Assembly: GCA_013286805.1 (NCBI GenBank)
Contig: JABDEY010000004.1
Coordinates: 770-58,636 of the forward strand
Origin: Bacteroidota bacterium
GTDB taxonomy: Bacteria; Bacteroidota; Bacteroidia; JABDFU01
Length of the DNA: 57,867 bases
Direction of reading: 5' to 3'
Part shown: piece after piece, positions 18,302 to 27,886 of the stretch
Position numbering within the stretch: position 1 is the first letter of the stretch
Layout of the letters: the number at the start of each line of letters is the position of its first letter
The notes under the pieces: model-generated
What the model was told of the DNA's origin: nothing
Seen by the model: the letters and a program-made list of their open reading frames with translations, nothing else
Databases searched by the model: none
Program-made: the position numbers and the translations under genes

Positions 18302-19378
18302 ATGACGCTGGAACAAAGAATTTCTGCTTTTGAAAAACTGGGATGCCTCTTTCGTGAAACGGCAGGTGCGGGAGGTTCTGCTTCTGAAAAGCAGGAAACG
18401 GAGGGGCTTGCAGAACACATTGCACGGCTCAAGAATCTTGCCGGTACGGTTCACATCTATAATGGATGGTTTACAAAAGATAATGTGCTGCTGGCCATTC
18501 GATCCTGGGGGCAGGCACTGCGAAAGGAAAATCTGGAACAATGGGTAGATCGATATATCATCAGGGAGCAGGTGCCTAAAAAAATTGGCCTGATCATGGC
18601 AGGGAATATTCCCCTGGTAGGTTTCCACGATATGCTTTGTGTACTTATCAGCGGCCATTCTGTTGTCGCCAAAAGATCAGGTGGGGATGACCAACTCCCG
18701 GAGTTTGTTGCAGCGTTTCTTATTTCCATTGAACCTGCATTTAAAGAACGGATTCATTTTACGGATGGCCTGCTGAAAGAAATGGATGCTGTGATTGCCA
18801 CAGGAAATAACAATTCTTCCCGTTATTTTGATTATTACTTTGGAAAGTATCCCCATATTATCCGTAAGAACCGCAATTCTGTTGCGGTGCTGAATGGAAC
18901 TGAGACCAATGAAGAACTTGTTTTATTGGGCGAGGATATTTTCAATTATTTCGGATTGGGCTGCAGAAGTGTTTCTAAACTATTTATTCCTGAAAAATAC
19001 GATCTGAACAATTTATTCCGGGCTGTTTATTCTCATCAGTCTGTTTTGCAGAATAACAAGTATGCCAATAATTATGAGTACACTAAAACTGTTTACCTGA
19101 TGAATGGTATATCCCTTCTGGAAAATGGATTTTTACTGCTCAAGGAAGACATTGGCCTTGCCTCTCCGGTAGCTGTAGTGTATTATGAATACTATAAAAA
19201 TGAAGCGGAAGTCCTGAACAGACTTCGTATGGATGCTGTAAATATCCAATGTGTTGTTTCTAAAGTAAAAAGCATCAAAAACGCTACTGAGTTTGGCCGG
19301 ACCCAGCATCCGCAACTTTGGGATTATAGTGACGGGGTTAACACCATGGAGTTTCTGGGAACACTATTGAATGCTTAG
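18302..19378 (+). CDS. Acyl-CoA reductase, LuxC-like (ALDH superfamily)
   Basis: IMAGNIPLVGFHD, VIATGNNNS, YFGLGCRSVSK with the catalytic Cys, GRTQHPQLWDYSDG. Confidence 0.88.
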   Translation: MTLEQRISAFEKLGCLFRETAGAGGSASEKQETEGLAEHIARLKNLAGTVHIYNGWFTKDNVLLAIRSWGQALRKENLEQWVDRYIIREQVPKKIGLIMAGNIPLVGFHDMLCVLISGHSVVAKRSGGDDQLPEFVAAFLISIEPAFKERIHFTDGLLKEMDAVIATGNNNSSRYFDYYFGKYPHIIRKNRNSVAVLNGTETNEELVLLGEDIFNYFGLGCRSVSKLFIPEKYDLNNLFRAVYSHQSVLQNNKYANNYEYTKTVYLMNGISLLENGFLLLKEDIGLASPVAVVYYEYYKNEAEVLNRLRMDAVNIQCVVSKVKSIKNATEFGRTQHPQLWDYSDGVNTMEFLGTLLNA

Positions 19379-19602
19379 GAATAGAGTCCCGTTCTCCTGT
19401 ATCTGCGCATCCTTCTTCTCATTTCCCGTCGGGCAGCCCGCTCACCTCTTCGGGTCCAGGTCTTATTCTCCTTGTTAATCATGTCACTTGGCTTCCAGCC
19501 TGAATCACGGGTTGCATTGACCGGAATCCCCCCGTTACTGCGGCAGGAGTAAAAGGAAGAAAAAATACAGACCAGCAGCAGCACTGTCAATAATTTGCAC
19601 AT
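19375..19602 (-). CDS. Small Arg-rich lipoprotein, hypothetical
   Basis: Hydrophobic leader ending SSFYSC (lipobox-like) and a basic C-terminal helix. Confidence 0.55.
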   Translation of the reverse strand: MCKLLTVLLLVCIFSSFYSCRSNGGIPVNATRDSGWKPSDMINKENKTWTRRGERAARREMRRRMRRYRRTGLYS

Positions 19603-19644
19603 TGCATTAATAAAAGTTTGCTTAAAACTTTACTAAAATACCTT

Positions 19645-19652
19645 TAACTTTG
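19645..19652 (+). promoter_or_regulatory. -7 element (TAACTTTG) for dapA
   Basis: TAnnTTTG 23 nt upstream of the TTG start. Confidence 0.6.
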
Positions 19653-19675
19653 CAGGATTACTAATCGAGCAAACA

Positions 19676-20575
19676 TTGAAAGCAACCAGCATTTTCAAAG
19701 GAACAGGTGTAGCCCTTGTCACGCCGTTTACAAAATCGGGGAAAGTCGATTTTAAAAGTCTGACTAAACTGGTGAATCATGTCATTAAAGGTAAAGTGGA
19801 CTATCTTGTTGCGCTTGGGACAACAGGAGAAACTGCGACACTCATGTCACAGGAGAAGAAAGATATTCTTGCCTGTATACTGGCTTCTGGAGCAGGCCGG
19901 GTGCCTGTTGTACTTGGGCTGGGAGGAAACAGCACTTATGGGTTGGTGAAGGAATTTGAAATGATTGATTTTAAAGGTATTTCTGCGGTTTTATCTGTTT
20001 CCCCATATTATAATAAGCCCAGTCAGCAGGGAATTTTTGAACATTATAAGGTGATTGCCAAGGAGTCGCCGCGGCCGGTTATTTTGTACAATGTCCCCGG
20101 CCGGACTGCTTCCAATATCAGTGCTGAAACTACTCTTAAAATTGCCAATGAAATTAAAAATGTGATTGGTATCAAAGAGGCCTCCGGCAATATCGAGCAA
20201 TGTATGCGTATCATTCAACACAAGCCAACAGACTTTTTGCTGATCTCCGGAGACGATGCATTGACATTACCTGTCATCGCTTGCGGTGGAGAGGGCGTAA
20301 TATCTGTGGTTGCCAACGCCTTTCCTGCCGGATTTTCAGAAATGGTCCGGCTGGCCCTGAAAGGAGATTGCAAAAAAGCCCAACTATTGCATTATAAACA
20401 TCTCGAAATTATTGAGCAAATGTTCGCCGATGGAAATCCGGGAGGCGTGAAAGAATTTTTAGCTCAGCTGAACATCTGCGGGACAGACATGCGCCTGCCT
20501 TTGGTGCGGGTAAACAAAAAGGTTCAGACAACTATTCGCTTCCTGACAAAAAAGTATTCCGTTACTCTTTCTTAG
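19676..20575 (+). CDS. dapA: 4-hydroxy-tetrahydrodipicolinate synthase
   Basis: ALVTPF, LGTTGE, PYYNKPSQQG, LYNVPGRT, GIKEASG (Schiff-base Lys), SGDD. Confidence 0.95.
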   Translation: MKATSIFKGTGVALVTPFTKSGKVDFKSLTKLVNHVIKGKVDYLVALGTTGETATLMSQEKKDILACILASGAGRVPVVLGLGGNSTYGLVKEFEMIDFKGISAVLSVSPYYNKPSQQGIFEHYKVIAKESPRPVILYNVPGRTASNISAETTLKIANEIKNVIGIKEASGNIEQCMRIIQHKPTDFLLISGDDALTLPVIACGGEGVISVVANAFPAGFSEMVRLALKGDCKKAQLLHYKHLEIIEQMFADGNPGGVKEFLAQLNICGTDMRLPLVRVNKKVQTTIRFLTKKYSVTLS

Positions 20576-21002
20576 GCTTCTTCCCTTTGATCATTCCACT
20601 GAACGTGTAGGACTCCTTTACTTTGCCCTTCTTGGTCAGCGTAGCAGTGCCTTCGATGTCATCGCCGGTGATGGTACCTTCCCATTTATAAACTACATCC
20701 TTATCTCCCTGCGGTTCTGAAGTAAATGCACATGTAATAGGGTTGGCTGTAGAATCATAGGTGGCTTCGTAGGCTGCTGGCTTGTATTCCCCATCTTGTA
20801 TCATGGTGGACCAGCTAAATTTCCCGGCGGCAAACTTAAGGTCTTCCTTTTCAGGGGTGCCTTTCTTTTTACCATCCTTCACCCGTTCTACGGCAAACGT
20901 TTTTTTGTCAAGCGGACCCGGTGGAATTTTCTCTTTTTTCTGTGCTAACGCAGTAGTTGCCACAAAAGCAAGGCCTGCGGCAATAAAAATTATCTTTTTC
21001 AT
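20562..21002 (-). CDS. Exported hypothetical protein (beta-rich)
   Basis: Signal peptide ending ALAQ, followed by alternating beta-strand-like segments. Confidence 0.7.
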   Translation of the reverse strand: MKKIIFIAAGLAFVATTALAQKKEKIPPGPLDKKTFAVERVKDGKKKGTPEKEDLKFAAGKFSWSTMIQDGEYKPAAYEATYDSTANPITCAFTSEPQGDKDVVYKWEGTITGDDIEGTATLTKKGKVKESYTFSGMIKGKKPKKE

Positions 21003-21013
21003 AATCGCGCGGT

Positions 21014-21193
21014 TTATTTTTTTTCTTTGTTTTTCATTTCCTGAACTTCAATCCTGAATTCCTGAGCAGCTTTTTTCAACTCCTGCAATGCTTTTCTCAC
21101 GCGGGTTCCTGCCGCGGCATTACCATTGTAAAATTTCTGCACTTCCGTTTCCATACCTGCTACAATGCTTTTAATGTTTTCGTATTTTTCCAT
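21014..21193 (-). CDS. Histone H1-like (Hc1-family) small basic protein, 59 aa
   Basis: Hand translation MEKYENIKSIVAGMETEVQKFYNGNAAAGTRVRKALQELKKAAQEFRIEVQEMKNKEKK*. Contains the GN.AAGTR.RK motif. Shorter than any ORF in the track. Confidence 0.85.
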   Translation of the reverse strand: MEKYENIKSIVAGMETEVQKFYNGNAAAGTRVRKALQELKKAAQEFRIEVQEMKNKEKK

Positions 21194-21244
21194 GTTTTCT
21201 TTTTTTTAGGGTTTGGGTTTATTCTTATTTTCTTATAGTTCTGT

Positions 21245-22489
21245 TTAAACTGCTGCAATTTTATCGGCCTGGTATTTTCCTGACTTCAACTTACCCACTA
21301 TTTTTGAGAAAGCGTCAATGGTGTATTTAACATCTTCCAGCGTGTGAACCGCTGTAGGTATCAACCTCAGGATAATAATCCCTTTGGGTACAACCGGATA
21401 TACCACCATGGAACAAAATATGTTGAAATTTTCCCGCAGATCGAAAATCAGGTTGGTGGCTTCCGGAATTGATCCATTCAGAAATACAGGTGTAACAGGG
21501 GATTGCGTTACGCCGATATCAAATCCGGCCTTTTTCAGTCCATCCTGAAGTGCATGGGTTATTTTCCAAAGGTTGGCCCTGAACTGATGCTGGGTGCGAA
21601 TCAGCTCCAGACGTTTTAAAGCGCCTTTAACCAGCGCCAATGGAAGTGCCTTGGCAAATATCTGGGAACGCATATTGTAACGCAGGTATTCAACTACCTG
21701 CTCATCGGCAGCAATAAATCCTCCAATCAGGGCGAATGATTTGGCAAATGTGCCGAAGTACAAATCAATCTCCTCTTGCACGTCCTGCTCTTCTCCTGTG
21801 CCGGCACCCGTTCTGCCCATCACTCCTATTCCATGTGCATCATCCACAAATAAGCGGAATGAATAGTGCTTTTTAAGCGCTGCTATTTCTTTTAATTTAC
21901 CCTGATCACCCCGCATACCAAAAACGCCTTCCGTTATTACGAGAATGGAGCCATCCGTTTCTTTGATCAGGTTCACCGCCCGGTCGAGCTGCTTTTGAAG
22001 AGAAACAATATCGTTGTGGGGATAAACAAACCTTTTCCCCATATGTAACCGAACTCCATCAAGTATGCAGGCATGTGCCTCTGCATCATAAATGATGACA
22101 TCGTGGCGATCCACCAGGCAATCGATTGCCGAAACCATCCCCTGATAACCGAAGTTCACAAGTATTGCGTCCTGCTTCTGAACAAAAGAGGCCAGTTCAG
22201 CTTCCAGTTGTTCGTGTGCATTGGAATTGCCGGACATCATGCGTGCTCCCATCGGCAATGCAAACCCATAATCCGCTGCTGCCCTCGCATCTGTGGCCCT
22301 CACTTCCGGGTGATTGGCCAATCCGAGGTAATTATTCAGGCTCCAGTTCAAGCGTTCTTTGCCCCTGAAAACCATCCTGGGTCCTATTTCTCCCTCGAGC
22401 TTAGGAAAAGTGAAATAACCATGCGACTCTTTCGCATGCTGCCCGATCGGGCCACGGTTAGTTCTGAGCTTTTCAAATAAGTCTTTCAT
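21245..22489 (-). CDS. PLP-dependent alpha-oxoamine synthase, probably cysteate acyltransferase of sulfonolipid (capnine) synthesis (SulA/CapB-like)
   Basis: NNYLGLANHP, MGARMMSG, VDDAHG, TFAKS (PLP Lys250), RSQIFAK (Lys280). The N-terminal GPIGQ...FPKLEGEIGP matches my recollection of the SulA subfamily. Confidence 0.72.
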   Translation of the reverse strand: MKDLFEKLRTNRGPIGQHAKESHGYFTFPKLEGEIGPRMVFRGKERLNWSLNNYLGLANHPEVRATDARAAADYGFALPMGARMMSGNSNAHEQLEAELASFVQKQDAILVNFGYQGMVSAIDCLVDRHDVIIYDAEAHACILDGVRLHMGKRFVYPHNDIVSLQKQLDRAVNLIKETDGSILVITEGVFGMRGDQGKLKEIAALKKHYSFRLFVDDAHGIGVMGRTGAGTGEEQDVQEEIDLYFGTFAKSFALIGGFIAADEQVVEYLRYNMRSQIFAKALPLALVKGALKRLELIRTQHQFRANLWKITHALQDGLKKAGFDIGVTQSPVTPVFLNGSIPEATNLIFDLRENFNIFCSMVVYPVVPKGIIILRLIPTAVHTLEDVKYTIDAFSKIVGKLKSGKYQADKIAAV

Positions 22490-22594
22490 TTCCGCAATAA
22501 TATGTATTTTTGGCCAAATTAAGCGGTTTTAGGGGTAAAATCATACCATAAGATATTAACAGAAACTAAAGGGGAGATTTATCACTAAATTGAT

Positions 22595-22602
22595 TACCTT
22601 TG
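22595..22602 (+). promoter_or_regulatory. -7 element (TACCTTTG) for the bamD-rpoZ-coaBC operon
   Basis: TAnnTTTG 10 nt upstream of the bamD ATG. Confidence 0.6.
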
Positions 22603-22612
22603 CAGGCTGAAA

Positions 22613-23434
22613 ATGACTTTAACTAAAGGACTAAAATTTCTTACCGTATCAGGGATTCTTCTGAGTTTGTTATCCTCCTGTGATAACTATACAAAAATTG
22701 CCAAGAGGGCTTCCATTGAACAAAAGTATCAATATGCCATTACGGCGTTTGAAAAAGGTCAGTATAACCGTGCTCTTCCGATTCTGGAAGAACTGATTAC
22801 TGTTTACCGGGGAACTGCAAACTGGGAAAAGGTATTGTATTACTACGCCTATTGCAACTACAATACCAATGATTTTATTCTGGCAGCTTACCATTTCAAA
22901 AGTTTTGTGAAACAGTTTCCCACGAGTGCGAAAGCGGAAGAATGTGCCTACATGAATGCTTACTGTTATTACCTGACTTCTCCTGCCTATAGCCTTGACC
23001 AAACGGATACCAAGCTGGCTTTGAAGGAACTTCAGAATTTTGTAAACCTTTACCCTAAAAGTTCACGTCTGGAAGAAGCCAACTCCATTGTCACTAAACT
23101 CAGGGCCAAACTGGAGCTAAAAGCCTGTGAAATTGCCCGCCAATACTATTCCATGTATAATTACAAATCGGCGATCGTTTCGATTGGGAATTTCGTTAAG
23201 GATTTTCCTGATTCAAAATATGTGGAGGAAATGAATTTTGTTTTGTTTAAGGCCCATTATTCCTTGACGATAAACAGTATTGATTCAAAAAGGCCGGAAC
23301 GTTTAAAACTGACCATTGAGGCGTATCTGAGATTTATTGACAAATACCCTCAGAGCCCCTGGCTGAAGGATGCGGAAGTGCTTTACAATCTGGCTTTAAA
23401 AATGAAGGATAAATATAAAATTACACTAAGCTGA
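22613..23434 (+). CDS. bamD: Outer-membrane assembly lipoprotein BamD
   Basis: Lipobox LSSC, TPR helices, YSLDQTDT..A...LQNFVNLYPKS. Upstream of rpoZ, as is usual in Bacteroidota. Confidence 0.9.
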   Translation: MTLTKGLKFLTVSGILLSLLSSCDNYTKIAKRASIEQKYQYAITAFEKGQYNRALPILEELITVYRGTANWEKVLYYYAYCNYNTNDFILAAYHFKSFVKQFPTSAKAEECAYMNAYCYYLTSPAYSLDQTDTKLALKELQNFVNLYPKSSRLEEANSIVTKLRAKLELKACEIARQYYSMYNYKSAIVSIGNFVKDFPDSKYVEEMNFVLFKAHYSLTINSIDSKRPERLKLTIEAYLRFIDKYPQSPWLKDAEVLYNLALKMKDKYKITLS

Positions 23435-23439
23435 TAAAC

Positions 23440-23769
23440 ATGGACTACAAAAAAACAAATGCCGAAAGTACTACCGTTACACGTGATTTGAGATTAATGG
23501 AAGACAAGACGAACAACTTGTATGAATCCATTTCTATTATTTCAAAACGTGCCAACCAGATCGGTGCAGAAATTAAGGAAGAACTGACAGGTAAGCTGGC
23601 TGAGTTCGCGTCTCACACGGATAACCTCGAGGAAGTGTTTGAAAACAGGGAGCAGATTGAGATTTCACGGTTTTACGAACGCCTGCCTAAACCTTCGGAT
23701 ATTGCGGTTCACGAGTTCCTGGATGACAAAGTGTATTACAGAAAGCCGGTTGTGGATCCTATTGTTTAA
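23440..23769 (+). CDS. rpoZ: RNA polymerase omega subunit (Bacteroidota type)
   Basis: NLYESISIISKRANQI, LEEVFENREQIEISRFYERLPKP. Confidence 0.88.
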   Translation: MDYKKTNAESTTVTRDLRLMEDKTNNLYESISIISKRANQIGAEIKEELTGKLAEFASHTDNLEEVFENREQIEISRFYERLPKPSDIAVHEFLDDKVYYRKPVVDPIV

Positions 23770-23777
23770 ATAATACT

Positions 23778-24988
23778 GTGTTACGGGGAAAGAAAATACT
23801 TTTAGGGATAACCGGAAGTATTGCGGCTTATAAATCAGCCGTATTGACCCGTTTATTAGTTAAACAGGGTGCTGAAGTCAGAGTTATGCTGACGGAATCA
23901 GCGAAAGATTTTATTACTCCTCTTACTCTTTCTACCCTGTCTAAAAACCCGGTTCATTCCGGGTTTTTTAATGCCGGTGACGGATCCTGGAACAATCATG
24001 TGGAGACTGGATTATGGGCGGATTTTATTGTCATCGCGCCTGCTTCGGCTCACACGATCGGGAAAATGGCCAATGGACTATGTGATAATCTGCTGCTGGC
24101 AACCTGCCTTTCAGCGAGATGTCCTGTTTATGTGGCTCCCGCAATGGATCTGGATATGTTTAAACATCCTTCCGTAGTAAGTAATTTAAAGCGCCTCGAA
24201 TCCTTTGGAATCCGATGCATTCCTCCTGGAACAGGAGAGTTGGCAAGTGGACTGATCGGGGAAGGCCGAATGGCCGAGCCCGAAGAAATTATTGGATTTT
24301 TAGCGAACCCGGCATTAAAAAAAAAACGCCATTAAGCGGTAAAACAGTTCTTGTTACTGCCGGACCCACTTTTGAGGCCATAGATCCTGTCCGCTTTATC
24401 GGGAATCACTCTTCCGGAAAGATGGGTTTCGCTATTGCAGATGAATTGGCCCGGCATGGGGCTGAGGTTATTCTGATCTGCGGCCCGACTACCTTAACGC
24501 CGGACGAGAAACCGGCACATCAACTGATCAGGCGAATTGATGTTACTACGTCGGAGGAAATGCGGGCTGCCTGCATACGCTATTTTGATAAAAGTTTCAT
24601 TACTGTGATGGCAGCAGCTGTTGCGGATTATAAACCGGCTCAGTTTTCCGGACAAAAAATAAAAAAGAAAAATGCAGGACTGCTGCTTGAACTGGTACCT
24701 ACTGCCGATATACTCGCGGAACTGGGAAGGAAAAAGAGGGGCAAACAACTGCTTGTTGGATTTGCGCTGGAGACTACAGATGGCCTGAGGTATGCAAAGG
24801 AGAAGCTTAAAAGGAAGAACCTGGATCTGATCGTTTTAAATTCCCTTCAGGATAAAGGTGCCGGTTTTAAAGGTGATACAAACAAGGTTACCTTTGTTGA
24901 CAGAAACAATAAAACGGCTAAATTTGAGTTGAAAGACAAGAAGGATGTAGCGGTTGACATAGTTAATAAAATACTGGAGTTGCTTTAA
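23778..24988 (+). CDS. coaBC: Bifunctional PPC decarboxylase/PPC synthetase, broken into two frames at an A10 run (24317-24326)
   Basis: ORF 23778-24335 is CoaC (GITGSIAAYK, PASAHTIGKMANG, APAMD, GELASGLIGEGRM). The -1 frame continues as CoaB (VTAGPTFEAIDPVRFIGNHSSGKMG, AAVADY, VGFALET). Confidence 0.9.
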
Positions 24989-25894
24989 ATGAAAAATAGT
25001 TTATCCCTTCTTTTTGTTTTTTTCTGCGGGTTTGCCCTTGGACAGGAGTTGAACTGTGCGGTTCAGGTTAATTCATCTCAGTTATCAGGCGATAAAAGGA
25101 TTTACGAAACCCTTCAAAAGGCAATTGTGGAGTTTATGAATAACAGAAACTGGACCAACGACACCTACAAAAATGAGGAAAGGATTGTCTGCAGCATATT
25201 GATTACCGTGAGTGACCATACGAATGACGCTTTTAAAGCCACCATTCAGGTTCAATCGAGCCGTCCTACCTATAAGTCGTCCTACAACTCCCCGCTGATC
25301 AACTACAATGATCAGGATTTCCAGTTTTCCTATGTGGAATTTCAGCCCCTTGATTTCAGTGAAGGTGCATACCTGTCGAATCTGACTTCTGTGCTTGCTT
25401 TTTATGCTAACATGTTCGTTGCACTGGATTATGATTCTTACTCACTTTACGGTGGAACCGCGTACTACCAGAAAGCTGCTACAATTGGCAATAATGCGCA
25501 GAATGACCAAAGCGTAAAGGGATGGAATTCGTTCGACAGCCAGCGTAACCGGTATTGGATGGTGAATAATATGCTGGATCCTGTTTATGCCCCAATTCGT
25601 GAATACCTGTACAAATTCCACCGGCTCGGGCTGGATGTGATGTCTGTCAATAAGGATCAGGGTAAAACGGTTATTGTAGAGAATTTAAGTTTACTGCAAA
25701 AAACTTCCCATGACAGGCCCTCTTCCTTTAGTCTGACTTTATTTTTCAATGCCAAAGCGGATGAACTGGTGAATATTTTCGGTGGCGCCACAACGGATGA
25801 AAAGAATAAAGTCATTCCTATCCTGAATGAAATTGATCCCGCCAACAGTAATAAGTACCAAAAGATTATGACCCAGAATAACAACAACAACTGA
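24989..25894 (+). CDS. porD: DUF4835 protein (T9SS component PorD-like)
   Basis: Signal peptide, QELNCAVQVNS, FMNNRNWT, NLTSVLAFYA, NRYWMVNN. Follows coaBC. Confidence 0.8.
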   Translation: MKNSLSLLFVFFCGFALGQELNCAVQVNSSQLSGDKRIYETLQKAIVEFMNNRNWTNDTYKNEERIVCSILITVSDHTNDAFKATIQVQSSRPTYKSSYNSPLINYNDQDFQFSYVEFQPLDFSEGAYLSNLTSVLAFYANMFVALDYDSYSLYGGTAYYQKAATIGNNAQNDQSVKGWNSFDSQRNRYWMVNNMLDPVYAPIREYLYKFHRLGLDVMSVNKDQGKTVIVENLSLLQKTSHDRPSSFSLTLFFNAKADELVNIFGGATTDEKNKVIPILNEIDPANSNKYQKIMTQNNNNN

Positions 25895-25900
25895 TACTGT

Positions 25901-26569
25901 TTGAGCCGGCAGGAAGTAATGATAAGGGCAAAGAACATCCGAAAGTCATATGGCTCCCTGGATGTATTGAAAGGTATTGACATTGAAATTAGTAAGGGGG
26001 AAATTGTTTCAATTGTTGGAGCTTCCGGAGCAGGCAAGACTACACTGCTCCATATCCTGGGAACCCTCGATAAACCGGACGAAGGGGAAGTTGAAATAAA
26101 TGACGTTGCGATAACCGGCTGGAGCAGCCGGAAACTGGCAACTTTCAGAAATAGAAATATTGGATTTGTATTTCAGTTTCACCACCTTTTGCCTGAATTC
26201 ACTGCACTTGAAAATGTATGTATTCCTTCTTTTATTGCCGGTGTCTCCCAAAAAGAGGCAGAGGCAAATGCAAAACAATTATTGGATTTTCTGGGTTTAA
26301 AAGACCGGCTGGAACATAAACCGAATGAACTCTCCGGAGGAGAACAACAGCGTGTTGCAGTGGCGAGGGCTTTGATCAACAAACCTGCTATTATTCTTGC
26401 GGATGAACCTTCCGGCAACCTGGATTCAGCTACAGCAAAGGAGTTACATCAATTGTTTTTTACGTTGAGGGATCAGATGCAGCAGACCTTTATCATCGTT
26501 ACACACAATGAAGAACTTGCCCAGCTTTCTGACCGCCGTTTTATCCTAAAGGACGGCAAACACATCTGA
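25901..26569 (+). CDS. lolD: ABC ATP-binding protein, LolD-like
   Basis: [53 protein letters not shown]. Confidence 0.82.
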   Translation: MSRQEVMIRAKNIRKSYGSLDVLKGIDIEISKGEIVSIVGASGAGKTTLLHILGTLDKPDEGEVEINDVAITGWSSRKLATFRNRNIGFVFQFHHLLPEFTALENVCIPSFIAGVSQKEAEANAKQLLDFLGLKDRLEHKPNELSGGEQQRVAVARALINKPAIILADEPSGNLDSATAKELHQLFFTLRDQMQQTFIIVTHNEELAQLSDRRFILKDGKHI

Positions 26570-26575
26570 TTTTTT

Positions 26576-27814
26576 GTGGAGAACAAACCGGATCCATTTG
26601 GGGCACTAAGGATACGGGATTTCAGCTTTTATGTTTTAGCGCGGTTTTCATTAACCATTGGCGTGCTTATTCAGAGTGTTATAGTGGAATGGCAAATATA
26701 CGCCATTACCAAAGATGCCCTGCAGCTTGGACTGATAGGCCTGGCTGAAGCCCTTCCCTTTATTTGCATCGCTTTGTTCGCAGGACACATTGCGGATATT
26801 GTCAGCCGGAAAAAAATAATTATCCTGGCTACATTGTTTTTGATCAGTGGTACGTTGTTTCTTTTTTATTTTTCTTCGGACCTGAACGTGCATATTCTGA
26901 AATGGGGTGTCTGGCCAATTTATATAGCTATTGCCATTACCGGCCTGTCGCGTGGATTTATTGGTCCCTCTTACTTCGCATTTTTAACCCAGCTTGTTCC
27001 AAAGGACTTGATTGCAAATGCTGCTACCTGGAACAGTTCAACCTGGCAGATTGGGGCCGTGGCGGGTCCGGCGATTGCAGGAGTTATGTATGGATTCTTT
27101 GGCCCTGCCACTTCTTATGCAATTGATGCGCTGGTGATTCTGGCTTCCCTGCTTTTTATATTATTTATTCCGGCCAGAGAGGCTGGTAAAAAAGACCGAA
27201 CTGAATCGGTAAAAAACAGCATCCGGGCCGGTATCAGATTTGTTTTCTCCAATCAGATTGTTCTTGGGGCGCTTTCACTGGATCTCTTTGCCGTTCTGTT
27301 CGGAGGAGCAGTGGCTTTGCTGCCTATCTTTTCTGATAAGATTTTGCATGCGGGCCCTCAGGGGCTGGGGTTTTTAAGAGCCGCTCCCGCTATTGGTGCG
27401 GTGATTGTTGCACTCCTGCTCGTTTATAATCCGGTTCGGAAAAAAGCCGGGGTGCTGTTGCTTTGGTGCGTTGCTCTTTTTGGTGTATTTACAATTGCCT
27501 TTTCCTTGTCTACCAATTTTTATTTGTCTTTTCTGCTGCTGGCCATTATCGGAGGTGTGGACAATGTCAGTGTGGTTATCCGTTCAACCATTTTACAACT
27601 GAAGACTCCCAATGAAATGCGTGGCCGTGTTTCTTCTGTGAATAGCGTGTTCATTGGATCCTCGAATGAAATCGGAGCCTTTGAATCCGGTACTGCTGCT
27701 AAGTTGATGGGGCTGGTACCTTCGGTCATTTTTGGAGGTATTATGACGATCGTTGTCGTGCTGACTACCTCTCAGGTGGCGCCGGAGTTAAGGAAGATGG
27801 ATAAGCTGGGGTGA
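26576..27814 (+). CDS. MFS transporter (EntS/DHA3-like)
   Basis: LFAGHIADIVSRKK, LDLFAVLFGGAVALLP, MRGRVSSVNSVFIGSSNEIGAFESG. Confidence 0.88.
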   Translation: MENKPDPFGALRIRDFSFYVLARFSLTIGVLIQSVIVEWQIYAITKDALQLGLIGLAEALPFICIALFAGHIADIVSRKKIIILATLFLISGTLFLFYFSSDLNVHILKWGVWPIYIAIAITGLSRGFIGPSYFAFLTQLVPKDLIANAATWNSSTWQIGAVAGPAIAGVMYGFFGPATSYAIDALVILASLLFILFIPAREAGKKDRTESVKNSIRAGIRFVFSNQIVLGALSLDLFAVLFGGAVALLPIFSDKILHAGPQGLGFLRAAPAIGAVIVALLLVYNPVRKKAGVLLLWCVALFGVFTIAFSLSTNFYLSFLLLAIIGGVDNVSVVIRSTILQLKTPNEMRGRVSSVNSVFIGSSNEIGAFESGTAAKLMGLVPSVIFGGIMTIVVVLTTSQVAPELRKMDKLG

Positions 27815-27886
27815 GACTAATTCAGTATACAGCAATCAGCTATTTATATACGAACTGATCTGATTCTGCTACATCCTATATGTTAG

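Noticed and set aside
18269-18658. N-terminal 130 aa of the 246-aa ORF 17918-18658
   Set aside because: It is antisense to the reductase gene. The ferredoxin motif begins at the ATG at 18268.
18302-19378. Bioluminescence (lux) operon
   Set aside because: No luxA, luxB, luxD or luxE is nearby; the LuxC-like gene stands alone.
24215-24316. Independent CoaB gene starting at ATG 24215
   Set aside because: Its first residues (MHSSWNRRVGKW...) overlap the conserved CoaC end in another frame and do not look like CoaB. A frameshifted fusion fits better.
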